27,214 nt of DNA, taken from Planctomycetaceae bacterium (GTDB lineage Bacteria > Planctomycetota > Planctomycetia > Planctomycetales > Planctomycetaceae). This document shows positions 7,722-17,895 of the stretch, piece by piece. Each line of letters begins with the position of its first letter. Within the stretch, counting starts at the first letter, position 1. The stretch covers positions 1-27,214 of the forward strand of contig JBHIXT010000003.1 in the NCBI GenBank assembly GCA_041984625.1, read 5' to 3'. The position numbers and the translations under genes were made by a program. Below the pieces are notes generated by a model. It was not told the DNA's origin. It ran no database searches and saw only the letters and a list, made by a program, of their open reading frames with translations.

Positions 7722-8630
7722 ATGGACCGCAGACAGGCCTCCGATTTTGATCAGGAAGTCCTTGATCTCTATGACGACTACGCACACGGCCGGCTGGATC
7801 GCCGTGAGTACATGAAGCGGCTCGGTGCATTCGCCATCGGCGGGCTGACCGTCGAATCGCTCATGAACAGTCTCAGCCCGAACTACGCGTGGGCGGAGCA
7901 GGTCAAGCCGGATGATCCCCGCATCAGCACGGAGACGGCCGCATACGACTCCCCCCAGGGCGGCGGGAAGATGAAAGGGCTGCTGGCCCGTCCCGCCCGA
8001 GGCGAGAAGTTCCCCGCTGTGCTGGTGATTCACGAAAACCGCGGACTCAACCCGTACATCGAAGATGTCGCACGTCGACTGGCTGTGGCGGGCTTCCTCG
8101 CCTTCGCCCCGGATGCGCTGACTCCCCTGGGGGGATATCCGGGCAACGACGACGAAGGTCGCGCAATGCAGGCCAAACGGGATCGCGGAAAGATGACGCA
8201 GGACTTCATCGCCGCTGCGAAATGGCTCGATCAGCATGAGCGATCAACCGGCAAGCTCGGCGCCGTCGGTTTCTGTTTCGGTGGCGGGGTGGTCTACCAG
8301 CTGGCGGTGCAGATTCCCGATATCCTCGATGCCGGCGTTCCCTTCTACGGAAGTCAACCTGACTCCGCCGACGTGCCGAAGATCAAAGCCCCGCTGCTGA
8401 TTCACAACGCGGAGAACGACCAGCGGATTCTGAAGGGTGCCCCCGCCTTCGAGGCCGCGATGAAGAGGCACGACAAGCAGTTCACATCCTACGTGTATCC
8501 CGGTGTCAACCACGGCTTCCACAACGACACCACGCCCCGCTACGACAAGGAGGCTGCCGAACTGGCCTGGCAGCGCACCATCGCGTTCTTCAATCAGCAC
8601 CTGAAGAAGAACGCCGATCGGAATCCATAG
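7722..8630 (+). CDS. Dienelactone hydrolase family protein (YghX-like)
   Basis: YDDYAHG.LDRR N-terminus, [16 protein letters not shown], nucleophile [27 protein letters not shown]. Confidence 0.92.
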   Translation: MDRRQASDFDQEVLDLYDDYAHGRLDRREYMKRLGAFAIGGLTVESLMNSLSPNYAWAEQVKPDDPRISTETAAYDSPQGGGKMKGLLARPARGEKFPAVLVIHENRGLNPYIEDVARRLAVAGFLAFAPDALTPLGGYPGNDDEGRAMQAKRDRGKMTQDFIAAAKWLDQHERSTGKLGAVGFCFGGGVVYQLAVQIPDILDAGVPFYGSQPDSADVPKIKAPLLIHNAENDQRILKGAPAFEAAMKRHDKQFTSYVYPGVNHGFHNDTTPRYDKEAAELAWQRTIAFFNQHLKKNADRNP

Positions 8631-8664
8631 GCGACGGGCATCAGGAAGTGGACGATGCCAGGTC

Positions 8665-8692
8665 GAGCTCCCCGGCCGGCCCCGGGGAGCTC
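8665..8692 (+). terminator. Perfect 11-bp stem-loop after the dienelactone hydrolase
   Basis: GAGCTCCCCGG-CCGGCC-CCGGGGAGCTC, 35 nt after the stop. No U-tract. Confidence 0.45.
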
Positions 8693-8757
8693 ACCGGAGT
8701 CCTCGCGTCCGGGTGCAGTTCACAGCGTCTGTGTCGGATGCGGTGTCGGCCTGATGT

Positions 8758-8847
8758 CGGGTGACGGGGGCGCACCGCGAAGCGGAAGCCCCCGTGGTTC
8801 AACGCATTCTGAAACGGGGGTTTCCTTCGGTGCGCACCCGCCACTCG
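8758..8847. repeat. ~90-bp palindromic REP-like element, copy 2
   Basis: CGGGTGACGGGGGCGCACCGCGAAGCGGAAGCCCCCGTGGT...TTCTGAAACGGGGGTTTCCTTCGGTGCGCACCCGCCACTCG; same orientation as copy 1. Confidence 0.85.
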
Positions 8848-8871
8848 TCCGCGATTCTCCGGGAATCTTCC

Positions 8872-9321
8872 ATGACCGACGGTCGACCAGTGCAGATTGC
8901 GATTGAACCCGACGACTATCATGCGAAGTACGTGGGACGGACGGCCGATGGACGGCAATTCTTTCTGACGACACCGTTCGAGCCGGCCTTCGGCGATCGC
9001 CCGGGGGCGGAGTATGTCGCGTTGTTTCTGTTCGATGAGGCAGGCAACCTGCTGGACGCCCTGATCGACGACTTCGGGCCGCGGGCGTCCCTCGATGAGC
9101 AGCGGCTCCGCCAATGCCATGAGGAACGGCTGCGCGGGTTGGGCGAAGTTTCGACCGAACGAATTGAGGTCAAACCGTTCGCCATTGAACACTTCGGGAC
9201 GACCTTCGGACTGGTGCCGCGGGAGCCGGAAGACGAGGAGGACGTGTGGGCCGTCGAGTTGCAGCCGGGTAATTACATGGCGTTCTTCGAGCCGTGGGAC
9301 AGCGGGGAGTACGACACGTGA
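8872..9321 (+). CDS. Conserved acidic hypothetical protein (149 aa)
   Basis: Start moved to ATG 8872 because the upstream ORF extension is the REP element. Coding-like codon use. Motifs DDYHA..VG.T.DGRQFFLTTPF and PGNYMAFFEPWDSGEYDT. Confidence 0.75.
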   Translation: MTDGRPVQIAIEPDDYHAKYVGRTADGRQFFLTTPFEPAFGDRPGAEYVALFLFDEAGNLLDALIDDFGPRASLDEQRLRQCHEERLRGLGEVSTERIEVKPFAIEHFGTTFGLVPREPEDEEDVWAVELQPGNYMAFFEPWDSGEYDT

Positions 9322-9459
9322 TTGCCGGAGCGGCCGGTCATGGTGACTCCGGTGCGTATTGACGCGATGCCGGAATCCGACGCCGATGTGGTTGAACTTT
9401 TTCCGGATCGGGGCCTCCTGCGGAGCGCGGCACTCACCCCTGCCGGTTTCGTCGGGGCG

Positions 9460-9492
9460 TGTGCTGTCACTGTGCTGTCACTGTGCCCTCAC
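9460..9492 (+). promoter_or_regulatory. Three 11-bp direct repeats, Pho-box/OmpR-family-like
   Basis: TGTGCTGTCAC TGTGCTGTCAC TGTGCCCTCAC, ending 17 nt upstream of a candidate -35. Confidence 0.45.
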
Positions 9493-9509
9493 CGCAGGGC
9501 GATGCTCCC

Positions 9510-9539
9510 TTGATTCACATTGGCCCGTGGCTATAGCAT
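9510..9539 (+). promoter_or_regulatory. Putative sigma-70 promoter for the DUF1592/DUF1552 operon
   Basis: TTGATT (9510-9515), 18-nt spacer, TAGCAT (9534-9539), in a locally AT-rich patch 70 nt before ATG 9610. Confidence 0.4.
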
Positions 9540-9609
9540 TATATGAACCCTCCCGCAGGGCCTCCCTCCCACCTGCTGCATCCCCGCGGCCCCTCCTGAG
9601 CTGTGTGCC

Positions 9610-11880
9610 ATGTCGCTCTCCACGTTCGCCCATCGTCTTGCTGCTGCATGGTTGCTGGCGGTCCCACTGCTGCTGACTGCCGGGTTGCCGGCCTTCGCTG
9701 ATGCGGCCGATGGCAAGGTTCTCTACGGTCAACTCTGTGCGTCCTGCCATGGTCCACAGGGACAGGGAGTCGCCGGCAGGTATGACGAAGCTCTGTATGG
9801 CGAACGCCCGTTGGCGGAGCTGATCCGCATCATTGATGAAACCATGCCCGCCGAAGAGCCGGAAAAGTGCAGCGGCGATCAGGCGGCAGCCGTTGGGAAG
9901 TATATCTACGAGGCCTTCTATACAGCCGCCGCGCGGGCGAAGAACAAACCGCCCCGCGTTGAACTATCGCGGTTGACGGTCCCGCAGCACGCCCAGGTTC
10001 CGGCCGATCTCGTCGGCAGCTTCACCGGGCAACGATCCATCTCTGACAAGCGTGGCCTCAGGGCACAGTACTACAACGACCGCCGCTTCCGTGGTGATCA
10101 GCGGAAGATCGATCGTGTCGATGCGACCGTCGACCAGAACTTCGGCACCGGCAGCCCCGGTAAGGATATCGAGACTGAGGCATTCTCCATCCGCTGGGAG
10201 GGCTCGCTGATTGTCGAGTCGAGCGGGGAATACGAGATCGGCGTGCGGACCGAGAACGGTTTTCAACTGTGGGTGAACGGGACCGGTGAGCCGTTCGTCG
10301 ATGGCTATGTCGCCGCCGGCCCGGAACCGGTCCTCCGATCGGCCCGGCAGAGTCTGCTCGGCGGCCGGGCCTACCCGCTGAAGCTGGAGTACTTCAAGTT
10401 CAAGGGCAAGACCGCCTCCGTGCAGTTGATGTGGAAGCCGCCGCACAAAACGTGGGAAGTGATCCCCGAGCGGCATCTCACGCCGGATCGCACGACGCCG
10501 ACACTTGTCATTCAGACGCCCTTCCCCGCGGACGACGGGAGCCTCGGCTATCCCCGCGGGACTTCGGTTTCGCAGGCATGGAATGAAGCGGCGACGTTCG
10601 CCGCGGTGGAAGTCGCCACGCACGTTGTGCAGAATCTCGACTCTCTGGCGAAGACGAAGCCCGATGCCGGTGACCGGGACAAGAAGGTCCGTGAGTTCTG
10701 TGCCCGCTTCGCGGAACTGGCCTTCCGCCGTCCGCTGACGGATGAGCAGCGCCGGATATACGTCGATGCGGCGTTCGCGGATGAAGAGGACCTCCGGGCG
10801 GCGGCGAAGCGGTCCGTACTGATGACCCTCACGTCGCCATGGTTCCTGTACACGGAAGTCCCCCGTGACGAAAAGACGGACGGCTACGATGTTGCGGCCC
10901 GGCTGGCACTGGCGATGTGGGATTCGCTGCCGGACGAGGCGTTATACGCAGCCGCTGCGAAGGACGAATTGAAGACACGCGAAGCGGTGCTCGCGCACGC
11001 CCGACGCATGGGGGACGATCCCCGGGCGAAGGCGAAGCTGCGAGGCTTCTTCACGCAGTGGCTGCAACTGGATCACACCGATCATCTCGCCAAGGACGAA
11101 GAGCACTTTCCCGGCTTCGATGCCGAGCTGATGTCGGCCCTGCGGACGTCGCTGGAACTGTTTCTGGACGACTGCATCGACAGTGAAGCGGCCGACTATC
11201 GCCAGTTGCTGCTGGCCGATTACTGGTACGTCAACGCGGACATCGCGGAGTTTTATGGTTTGAAGGTTCCCGACGACGGACGCTTCCATCGTGTGAAGGC
11301 AGAGGACAGCAAGCGGGCCGGTGTGGTGACTCATCCATTCCTGCTGGCCTCGCTCTCCTACCACAACGCAACGTCACCCATCCATCGCGGAGTATTCGCC
11401 ACGCGGAAACTGCTCAACCGCGCCCTGAATCCGCCGCCGATGGCAATCGAGTTCACCGATGCCGGGTTTGATCCGCATCTGACGATGCGCGAAAAAGTGA
11501 CCGAGCTGACCAGTGCCACCAGTTGTCAGAACTGTCACAGCATCATCAATCCGCTGGGATTCAGCCTCGAAAATTTCGATGCTGTGGGACGTTTCCGGAC
11601 GATGGAAAAGGAACGGCCCATCGACGCGACCGGCGTGTATACCGCGCTTGACGGAAAACCGGTGAAACTGTCCGGAGCCCGCGATCTGGCCGAGTACGCT
11701 GCTGGAAGCGGGTTCGCCCAACAGGGGTTCATCGAGCAACTGTTTCACCACACGGTCAAACAGCCGCCGGCCGCCTACGGGAGCACGACGATGGAAGATC
11801 TCCATCGCAGTTTCTCCGCTTCCGGCTATAATATCCGTACACTCCTTGTGGAGATCGCCACGACCGCTGCGCGGAAGTGA
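9610..11880 (+). CDS. Secreted cytochrome c / PA14 / DUF1595-DUF1592-DUF1588-DUF1585 protein
   Basis: Signal peptide; heme motif CASCH with downstream TMP; PA14 ([21 protein letters not shown]); [50 protein letters not shown]. Confidence 0.9.
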   Translation: MSLSTFAHRLAAAWLLAVPLLLTAGLPAFADAADGKVLYGQLCASCHGPQGQGVAGRYDEALYGERPLAELIRIIDETMPAEEPEKCSGDQAAAVGKYIYEAFYTAAARAKNKPPRVELSRLTVPQHAQVPADLVGSFTGQRSISDKRGLRAQYYNDRRFRGDQRKIDRVDATVDQNFGTGSPGKDIETEAFSIRWEGSLIVESSGEYEIGVRTENGFQLWVNGTGEPFVDGYVAAGPEPVLRSARQSLLGGRAYPLKLEYFKFKGKTASVQLMWKPPHKTWEVIPERHLTPDRTTPTLVIQTPFPADDGSLGYPRGTSVSQAWNEAATFAAVEVATHVVQNLDSLAKTKPDAGDRDKKVREFCARFAELAFRRPLTDEQRRIYVDAAFADEEDLRAAAKRSVLMTLTSPWFLYTEVPRDEKTDGYDVAARLALAMWDSLPDEALYAAAAKDELKTREAVLAHARRMGDDPRAKAKLRGFFTQWLQLDHTDHLAKDEEHFPGFDAELMSALRTSLELFLDDCIDSEAADYRQLLLADYWYVNADIAEFYGLKVPDDGRFHRVKAEDSKRAGVVTHPFLLASLSYHNATSPIHRGVFATRKLLNRALNPPPMAIEFTDAGFDPHLTMREKVTELTSATSCQNCHSIINPLGFSLENFDAVGRFRTMEKERPIDATGVYTALDGKPVKLSGARDLAEYAAGSGFAQQGFIEQLFHHTVKQPPAAYGSTTMEDLHRSFSASGYNIRTLLVEIATTAARK

Positions 11881-11962
11881 ACTCCGCAGAAACACCCTCC
11901 ACGCCCGCTTGCGGGTGTCATCCAGCCTTGGCACACTCCTTCCTGATTCCGGTAGCCTCCCC

Positions 11963-13291
11963 ATGACACTGCAGAATCGACGCACACTGCTGAAGACTCT
12001 CGGCCTGTCAGCGGCCAGCGCTCCCTTCGTCCTCGGGTTGCCGAGCTTTGCCGCCTCTCCGGCCAGTCAGGATCTGCGCCGCCCGAAGCAGCGGCTGATC
12101 ATCATGTTCAGCCCGAACGGCACCATCCCGAAGAACTTCTGGCCGGACGAAGAGGGTGCCGACTTCAAACTGAAGGAGATCCTCACCCCGCTGGCGAAGT
12201 ATCAGGACCGGATGCTGGTGCTCAAGGGCATCAGCAACAAGATCCGCGGTGACGGCGACAGCCACATGCGGGGCATGAGCTGTCTGCTCACGGCGATCGA
12301 GCTGTTCCCCGGCAACATTCAGGGTGGTTCGCACACACCGGCCGGCTGGGCGAAAGGCATTTCGATCGATCAGGAGATCGCGAATTTCCTGCAGAGCCGT
12401 GAGGAGAGTCGCACCCGGTTCGGTTCGCTGCACTTCGGTGTCGTCGTGCCCGATCGCGCCGACCCGTGGACCCGCATGTCCTACGCCGGGCCGAATCAGC
12501 CGATCGCCCCGATCGACGATCCGTATCAGATGTTCAACAAGCTTTACGGAAACGTCCGCGATCAGCAGGCGGTGCACAGCGTGCTGGATTCCGTCGCCGG
12601 CGATCTGGCCCGCGTGCGGAAACTGGTCAGTGCCGAGGACCGGCAACTCCTCGAGCAGCATGAGGCATTCGTCCGCCGCATGGAGCGCGACTTCGCCGCC
12701 GCCCGCGAGCAGAAAGCCCTGCAGGCTGTCCCGCAACTCCAGCCCGGCGTGCGGAATGAGAATGTCAACATGCCGCTGCTCAGCCGCATGCAGATCGATC
12801 TGCTGGTCAGCTCGCTGATCAACGACACCGCCCGCGTGGCCACTCTGCAGTTCAGCCGCAGTGTGGGCCAGTCGCGGATGACCTGGCTGGGCATCGACGA
12901 AACCTACCACACGCTCTCGCATCACTCCGACGACAACGAAGCGTCGCAGGAGAAGATGACGAAGATCAACAAGTGGTTCTGTGAGCAGATGGCGTATCTG
13001 GCCGATCAGCTCGCCGCCACTCCCGAGCCCGGCGGCAGCGGTTCGATGCTCGATCACACCACCATCCTGTGGACGAACGAGCTGGGCAAGGGCAACAACC
13101 ACACGCTGAACAATATCCCGTTCGTGATGGTGGGTGGAGGCCTCGGCTTCAATACAGGCCGCGCACTGCAGTTCAAGAACGAGCCACACAACCGCCTGTG
13201 GATGTCGCTGGCCCATGCGTTCGGCCACGAGATCAATTCGTTCGGCAACGCGACGTTCTGCTCCGCAGGACCTCTGACGGGACTGGTCTGA
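11963..13291 (+). CDS. DUF1552 (HxxSHH) protein with Tat signal (442 aa)
   Basis: Start at ATG 11963. Twin-arginine NRRTLLK, F.PNG, SIDQEIA, YHTLSHH, GSMLDHT. Standard partner of DUF1592 genes. Confidence 0.9.
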   Translation: MTLQNRRTLLKTLGLSAASAPFVLGLPSFAASPASQDLRRPKQRLIIMFSPNGTIPKNFWPDEEGADFKLKEILTPLAKYQDRMLVLKGISNKIRGDGDSHMRGMSCLLTAIELFPGNIQGGSHTPAGWAKGISIDQEIANFLQSREESRTRFGSLHFGVVVPDRADPWTRMSYAGPNQPIAPIDDPYQMFNKLYGNVRDQQAVHSVLDSVAGDLARVRKLVSAEDRQLLEQHEAFVRRMERDFAAAREQKALQAVPQLQPGVRNENVNMPLLSRMQIDLLVSSLINDTARVATLQFSRSVGQSRMTWLGIDETYHTLSHHSDDNEASQEKMTKINKWFCEQMAYLADQLAATPEPGGSGSMLDHTTILWTNELGKGNNHTLNNIPFVMVGGGLGFNTGRALQFKNEPHNRLWMSLAHAFGHEINSFGNATFCSAGPLTGLV

Positions 13292-13318
13292 GGACCGCCG
13301 GTCCGGTCCGAGAGATTT

Positions 13319-15066
13319 CTACTCGGCGTCCACCACCCGCTCGACCTTTCCACTCCGTTCAGTGATAAGATGAAAGACGCCGCGGCGTGGCACGTCAATT
13401 GTGACGCTCCGGTAATCGGGGATGGTGATCTCCACATTTCGACGATCTTCAACCGGTGAGTGAGCATACAGCAGCCACCGCCGCGAACCGCGTTCGCCCT
13501 GCTTCAGAGCGAGGCTGAAGACCGGCAGGCGGGTCTGCAGGTTCCAGGGCCGCGGCGGGTCGAGATTCGTCTCGAGAGCGAACCAGCGGTTGACCTTCTC
13601 CAGCCGCCGGGGAATGTCGACGTTGTACGGGTGCTCGCCGGAAGTGTTGGCGACGAGTTCGCCGTGTCGCCAGAATTCCGCCAGGGTCGGGTTGGCGTAC
13701 ACGCGATCGACGGCCTTTACCGTCTCCATCCAGTACGCCTGAACCGGTGCCAGTCTGGTGGCGTGACCACGGAACTCGCGAACCACGCGGGGACGGACCA
13801 GCCACATGCCGTACTGCACCCAGCCGGCGGCGCGTTCAGGCGGATACGTCTGGCCCTCGGCCATGTATTGCAGAGCTTTCGACTTCCGCACGTGCTTGGG
13901 GTCCAGTGCCTTCTGCTCGGCCGCGGACAGCGGACGGCTGGAGCGAGCCACCAGTTCTCCGGCGTCCTCGACTCCCAGTCCCGCCATCCAGCTTGCCGCT
14001 TCATTCCCGTCCCACGTGGACATTTCGAACCAGAACTCCGGGTTCGCCTGCCAGGCCTCCTCAAGCATGAACACCCAGTTCATCGCAGAGACCTGGGTCG
14101 AGAATACCTGATCGTCACGTTTATCGTGCCAGTGGTCGGTGTAGTACGACGGGCTGCCGCCCTGCCAGCTGTGCCAGTCGGGACTGGTCCATTTGTCGGA
14201 TTCCAGCGAGTACACCTTCCAGCCGCTCCACCGCCCCATATGCGCCGGCCCGAAGGCATCGTAGCCGACGAAGCGAACGTTGGATTTCCAGTGGTCATTC
14301 ACCAGCGCATCCCGCATGGCATCGAACATCACGCGGTATCGCTCGATCCACCCCTCGCCGACGACCTGCCGTTTGAACTCGTCGGAGCGGCCTTCTCCGT
14401 ACTGATCGAGATACCGTTTCGACAGCGATTCCAGCGGGCCGTGCTTCGACCACCGCAGATCGGGCGGTTCGTTGTTCGAAACCCAGAATACCCGCGGAGG
14501 ATTCGGATAGAGTTCCTGTGCGTACTTCATCGCGTCGGTATTGACGTAGACCGCGGCGGGATCCTTCCACGGCTCCGTCGGGCCGAACGGGCTGAGCTTC
14601 CGGACACGCGAACCATCGGGGGCGATCACGCCGGTCCACTTTTCAGGGGGCCATCGCGGTACTGCTTGCCGACCAGCATTGCATCCCACTGCGTTCCCCG
14701 CATGGAAACCGGCAGTTGCAGTGCAGCGAAGTATTTGAGCAGCCGGCCGTGATAGTTCTGGAATCCTTCACTGTCCGGCTTACCCTGCGGCCAGGCCATC
14801 CAGGGGAGAATGTGGTGACCCGCCTGGATCAGACCGATCTGGTGATCCGGGCCGAACGTGCCCGGTACCGTTCCCTGATTCCAGTGACTGGCCAGTGGCA
14901 AAGGACGCCCCTGCGGCCCGTTCGGTGGCAGCAGCGTTTCACGGCGAATCTCCTCAGCGACCCGCCTGGCGGCGGCTGTCGGTTGATCGTCCGCAGAGGT
15001 TTCCGGAGAAAACCCCGCGAGCAGTACGGTCAGGGCGATGACGAAACGTGCCGGTGTGATTTTCAT
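13319..15066 (-). CDS. Secreted hypothetical protein (~582 aa if repaired), split by a 1-nt frameshift at 14646-14650; possible glycoside-hydrolase-like barrel
   Basis: ORF 14626-15066 (signal peptide MKITPARFVIALTVLLAG) and ORF 13319-14689 join as ...QYRDGPPEKWTG... if the G5 run is G6. Contains SNNEP and WFEMSTWDG. Confidence 0.7.
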
Positions 15067-15204
15067 GGTCTGCCTCGGAAACCTGTGGAGATTGATCCGG
15101 TCCGAAACTGTGCCTGAAGGGTCGCTGCGTTGTTCCGTTGACGGGCGACGAGGGACGTCCTCATTGTGCGGTCGTCGCGGCGGGAGTGCCAGCAGCGGAT
15201 TGAC

Positions 15205-17577
15205 TCACTGTTGTGGACGATAGCGGAACAGGAATGTCTGCATCGGTCCGGTGAATCGGCTCGGGATCAGGGCGATGCAGACATCGTGACGCGGGTCGTA
15301 AACCATTGCGCATTCGTGGCCGTAGCTTCCCTGGGGAAGATCGACCTTCACCTGCTGCAGCCGGTTCGTGCGACAATCCAGTGCGAAGAGTTCATTACCC
15401 AGCCACAGCACGGTATCGTGCTCCGGCAGGTAGACGGCTTCCCGACCGATGGCAGCTGTTCCGGTGGTCTCCAGTTGCTGCCAGGCGGCGTCATCTTTGA
15501 GCGAGCGGACGAATACATCCACACGGTCGGCCGTGCCCCGCAGGTTGATCAGCCGGTCGCGTGTCGTGTCGTGGATCAGCGGCTGAAACTCATAGTGATA
15601 CCGGATCTCCTCGCGGGGTTTCGGGAACCCGGCATCGATCAGCTTCCATGCCGCGGCTCCACTGTTGCGCTCCACCGAGCCGCGGTACAGCCGGCCCTCG
15701 GCCAACGCGTAAACGCCGCCCGGCGTGCCGACGACGGACAGGTGCCAGGGGTTCTGGAATGGGCGGCCGAACGCGGGCGGCCGCATCGACTTCTTCGCCG
15801 AGTCATACACCCAGGTAGCGTAGCCCTGTTCCTTCGCATTCCGGACGAAGGTATCCCGCGGATCGTCGGTGAGCTGAACCCGGATGCCGTCCCTCACCGA
15901 AGGCCGCGCCAGATACACGACCGTCTTGCTGGAGGGATCGTAGCAGTACCATAGATACGTGTGCTGACTGAAAGGCATCATGCCGTAGCTCCAGCCGAAG
16001 ATGCCCGCGTTGGTGCCTTCCAGAAACGGCGGGAAACGGGGAGGAGCGTCGAGACTCCAGCGGTTATCGGCGATGGAGTAGCGGGCGATATCGTTGCCGG
16101 AGTAGCCGGAGTGGCCGCCACCGGTGTAGATGACCTCGCTGCGATCCGTATCGATCACGGCCGTCGACCACGTCTTGCTGATCAGCATTCCCGGAGGATT
16201 CGCATTGACGAAGGTGTTCGCCGGCAGCGATTTCAGCATCTCCGCGTGCCGCCGCGGATCGGGGGCCGGTGCGTTCTCCAGAGACTCCTTCTGCTCCGGG
16301 TACTTCCAGGCGACAGTTCCCGGTGAGGCGCCGGGAAGTTCGTCATGAGCGGCGGTGGCGTCGTATCGCAGGGCATAGGTGCGGCGTTCCCCACCGAAGG
16401 CGACCAGCAGCACCACGCCCGGCTCGCTGTGGGAGTCGGCCGTCATCCACTCGTAGCCGGCCAGATGAAGATCGCCGTCCACCGCAGTCCATTTATTCGC
16501 GGCCACGTCGTAGACCCAGGTCTCGCGGATCGCCGAGGAGGTTTTCTGGTGCGCGAGTTCCACCTTGCGGGCGTCAAACCCGCACACCAGAATCCGCCCC
16601 TCCGGCAGAACCGCAGTCGCGGGGGCGAACATCGGTGGCGGAGCGAGCTTCGGCTGACGCTGTTCCCATTGATCGCGACGGCAGTCGAACACCCACGTAT
16701 CGTTCAACGCCGCAGACTGGTCGTAGCCGCCGAACAACACCATGCACTGCGTGGCAGGATCATAGACGATCGGAGCATTGCACCGCGGTGGTGGTTCGAG
16801 ATCCAGGGTGGGACGCTGCCACTGGTTGCTGGCACAGTCGTAAAGCCACGTGGGAGCGGCGCCGGTGGGATTGGTTGCCAGGCCGCCGCCGAACAGCAAC
16901 GCGCGATCCCGCACCGGATCAAAGCAGAGACTGGCCCACGCCAGACCGCGGCAGGTCACCGGGAAGTCGGGCGGATTGAGGTCCGTCCACGTGTTTGTTT
17001 CCGGCGCGAGCGCGAACGTCTGGCCATCGTTGTAGCAGAGCAGGCGGTTCCGCTTTGTATCGCGGCAGATCATGTTGAATGTGTGAATCGGACTGGGCCG
17101 CTGCACTCCGTCGAAGTCCCACCAGCGGACCCGGTTGGTCGAGTTGTATCCGCTGACAACCTGCAGCCGCGGGCCTTCGTCGTACTTCAGTCCATCGGGT
17201 CCGGACTGTCCCCAGATGCGGAATGGGGGAAACTTCTCTGCCGTCCACTGTCCCTGACGCGAGACGGGGAATGCCGGTTGCCAGGCGGGGGACGTCGGAT
17301 TGAACGACTCCAGTTCATACCGCCGGTAGACATTACGGGCCGGCTTCTCGCCTCCCGTCCCCCACAGATACAGGCGGCCGACATCGCCGGCGTAAATCGC
17401 GCGGGCAAACGTCTTGCCTCCGCTGCTGTCCTCCCTGTGCAGCAGCGTCCATTCATTTGCCGGCAGCTTCTTAATGCCCGCTGACGCGGAGGCGTCATCG
17501 GCCCTGCAGATAACAGAACCGGCCACGAGGAACGGGATGCCGGAGACGATCAGCAGCAATCGCAGCGAACTCTTCAT
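15205..17577 (-). CDS. Secreted Kelch-repeat beta-propeller protein (790 aa)
   Basis: Signal peptide; repeats LLFGG...TWLYD...W and VLFGG...LNDTWVFD...W; GGGHSGYSGND motif. AAAGGG RBS. Confidence 0.82.
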   Translation of the reverse strand: MKSSLRLLLIVSGIPFLVAGSVICRADDASASAGIKKLPANEWTLLHREDSSGGKTFARAIYAGDVGRLYLWGTGGEKPARNVYRRYELESFNPTSPAWQPAFPVSRQGQWTAEKFPPFRIWGQSGPDGLKYDEGPRLQVVSGYNSTNRVRWWDFDGVQRPSPIHTFNMICRDTKRNRLLCYNDGQTFALAPETNTWTDLNPPDFPVTCRGLAWASLCFDPVRDRALLFGGGLATNPTGAAPTWLYDCASNQWQRPTLDLEPPPRCNAPIVYDPATQCMVLFGGYDQSAALNDTWVFDCRRDQWEQRQPKLAPPPMFAPATAVLPEGRILVCGFDARKVELAHQKTSSAIRETWVYDVAANKWTAVDGDLHLAGYEWMTADSHSEPGVVLLVAFGGERRTYALRYDATAAHDELPGASPGTVAWKYPEQKESLENAPAPDPRRHAEMLKSLPANTFVNANPPGMLISKTWSTAVIDTDRSEVIYTGGGHSGYSGNDIARYSIADNRWSLDAPPRFPPFLEGTNAGIFGWSYGMMPFSQHTYLWYCYDPSSKTVVYLARPSVRDGIRVQLTDDPRDTFVRNAKEQGYATWVYDSAKKSMRPPAFGRPFQNPWHLSVVGTPGGVYALAEGRLYRGSVERNSGAAAWKLIDAGFPKPREEIRYHYEFQPLIHDTTRDRLINLRGTADRVDVFVRSLKDDAAWQQLETTGTAAIGREAVYLPEHDTVLWLGNELFALDCRTNRLQQVKVDLPQGSYGHECAMVYDPRHDVCIALIPSRFTGPMQTFLFRYRPQQ

Positions 17578-17895
17578 GGTTGCCCTTTCGACACCGCGAG
17601 CGGTCGGTGGTGGCCCTCAGACAAAGCACGGCAGAGAAGAGTGTGCATTCCATTCTCCGCGGACGCGGGGATGGGGAGGCGTTCAGCACACGGATCAATC
17701 ATAAAGGACGGTTGATCCGACCGGAACAACCAGAGCGGTGCGGTGTTGAGATTCTTCGTCGATACCCGCTGATGACAGGAATGTCGCTCGGTGGACGGGG
17801 GGAGTGCTTCCCGTGTCGTCTCTGTATCCTGCCGGAGTGCGGAGCGGTACAATCGGCAATGGTGTTCGTTCTGCCACCTTCAAGAGGAACTGATC

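Noticed and set aside
7045..8847. The two ~90-bp repeats as a CRISPR array or as IS ends
   Set aside because: Only two long copies 1.7 kb apart, with no spacers, cas genes or transposase.
14640..14655. Programmed frameshift or phase variation at the G5 run
   Set aside because: The run is too short for a typical contingency tract and there is no canonical slippery heptamer. An error or simple mutation is more parsimonious.
12008..14752. ORFs 12008-13228 (-) and 13460-14752 (+)
   Set aside because: Antisense shadows of better-supported genes.
17848..17853. TACAAT -10-like hexamer upstream of the esterase
   Set aside because: No acceptable -35 at 16-18 nt spacing, so too weak to list as a promoter.
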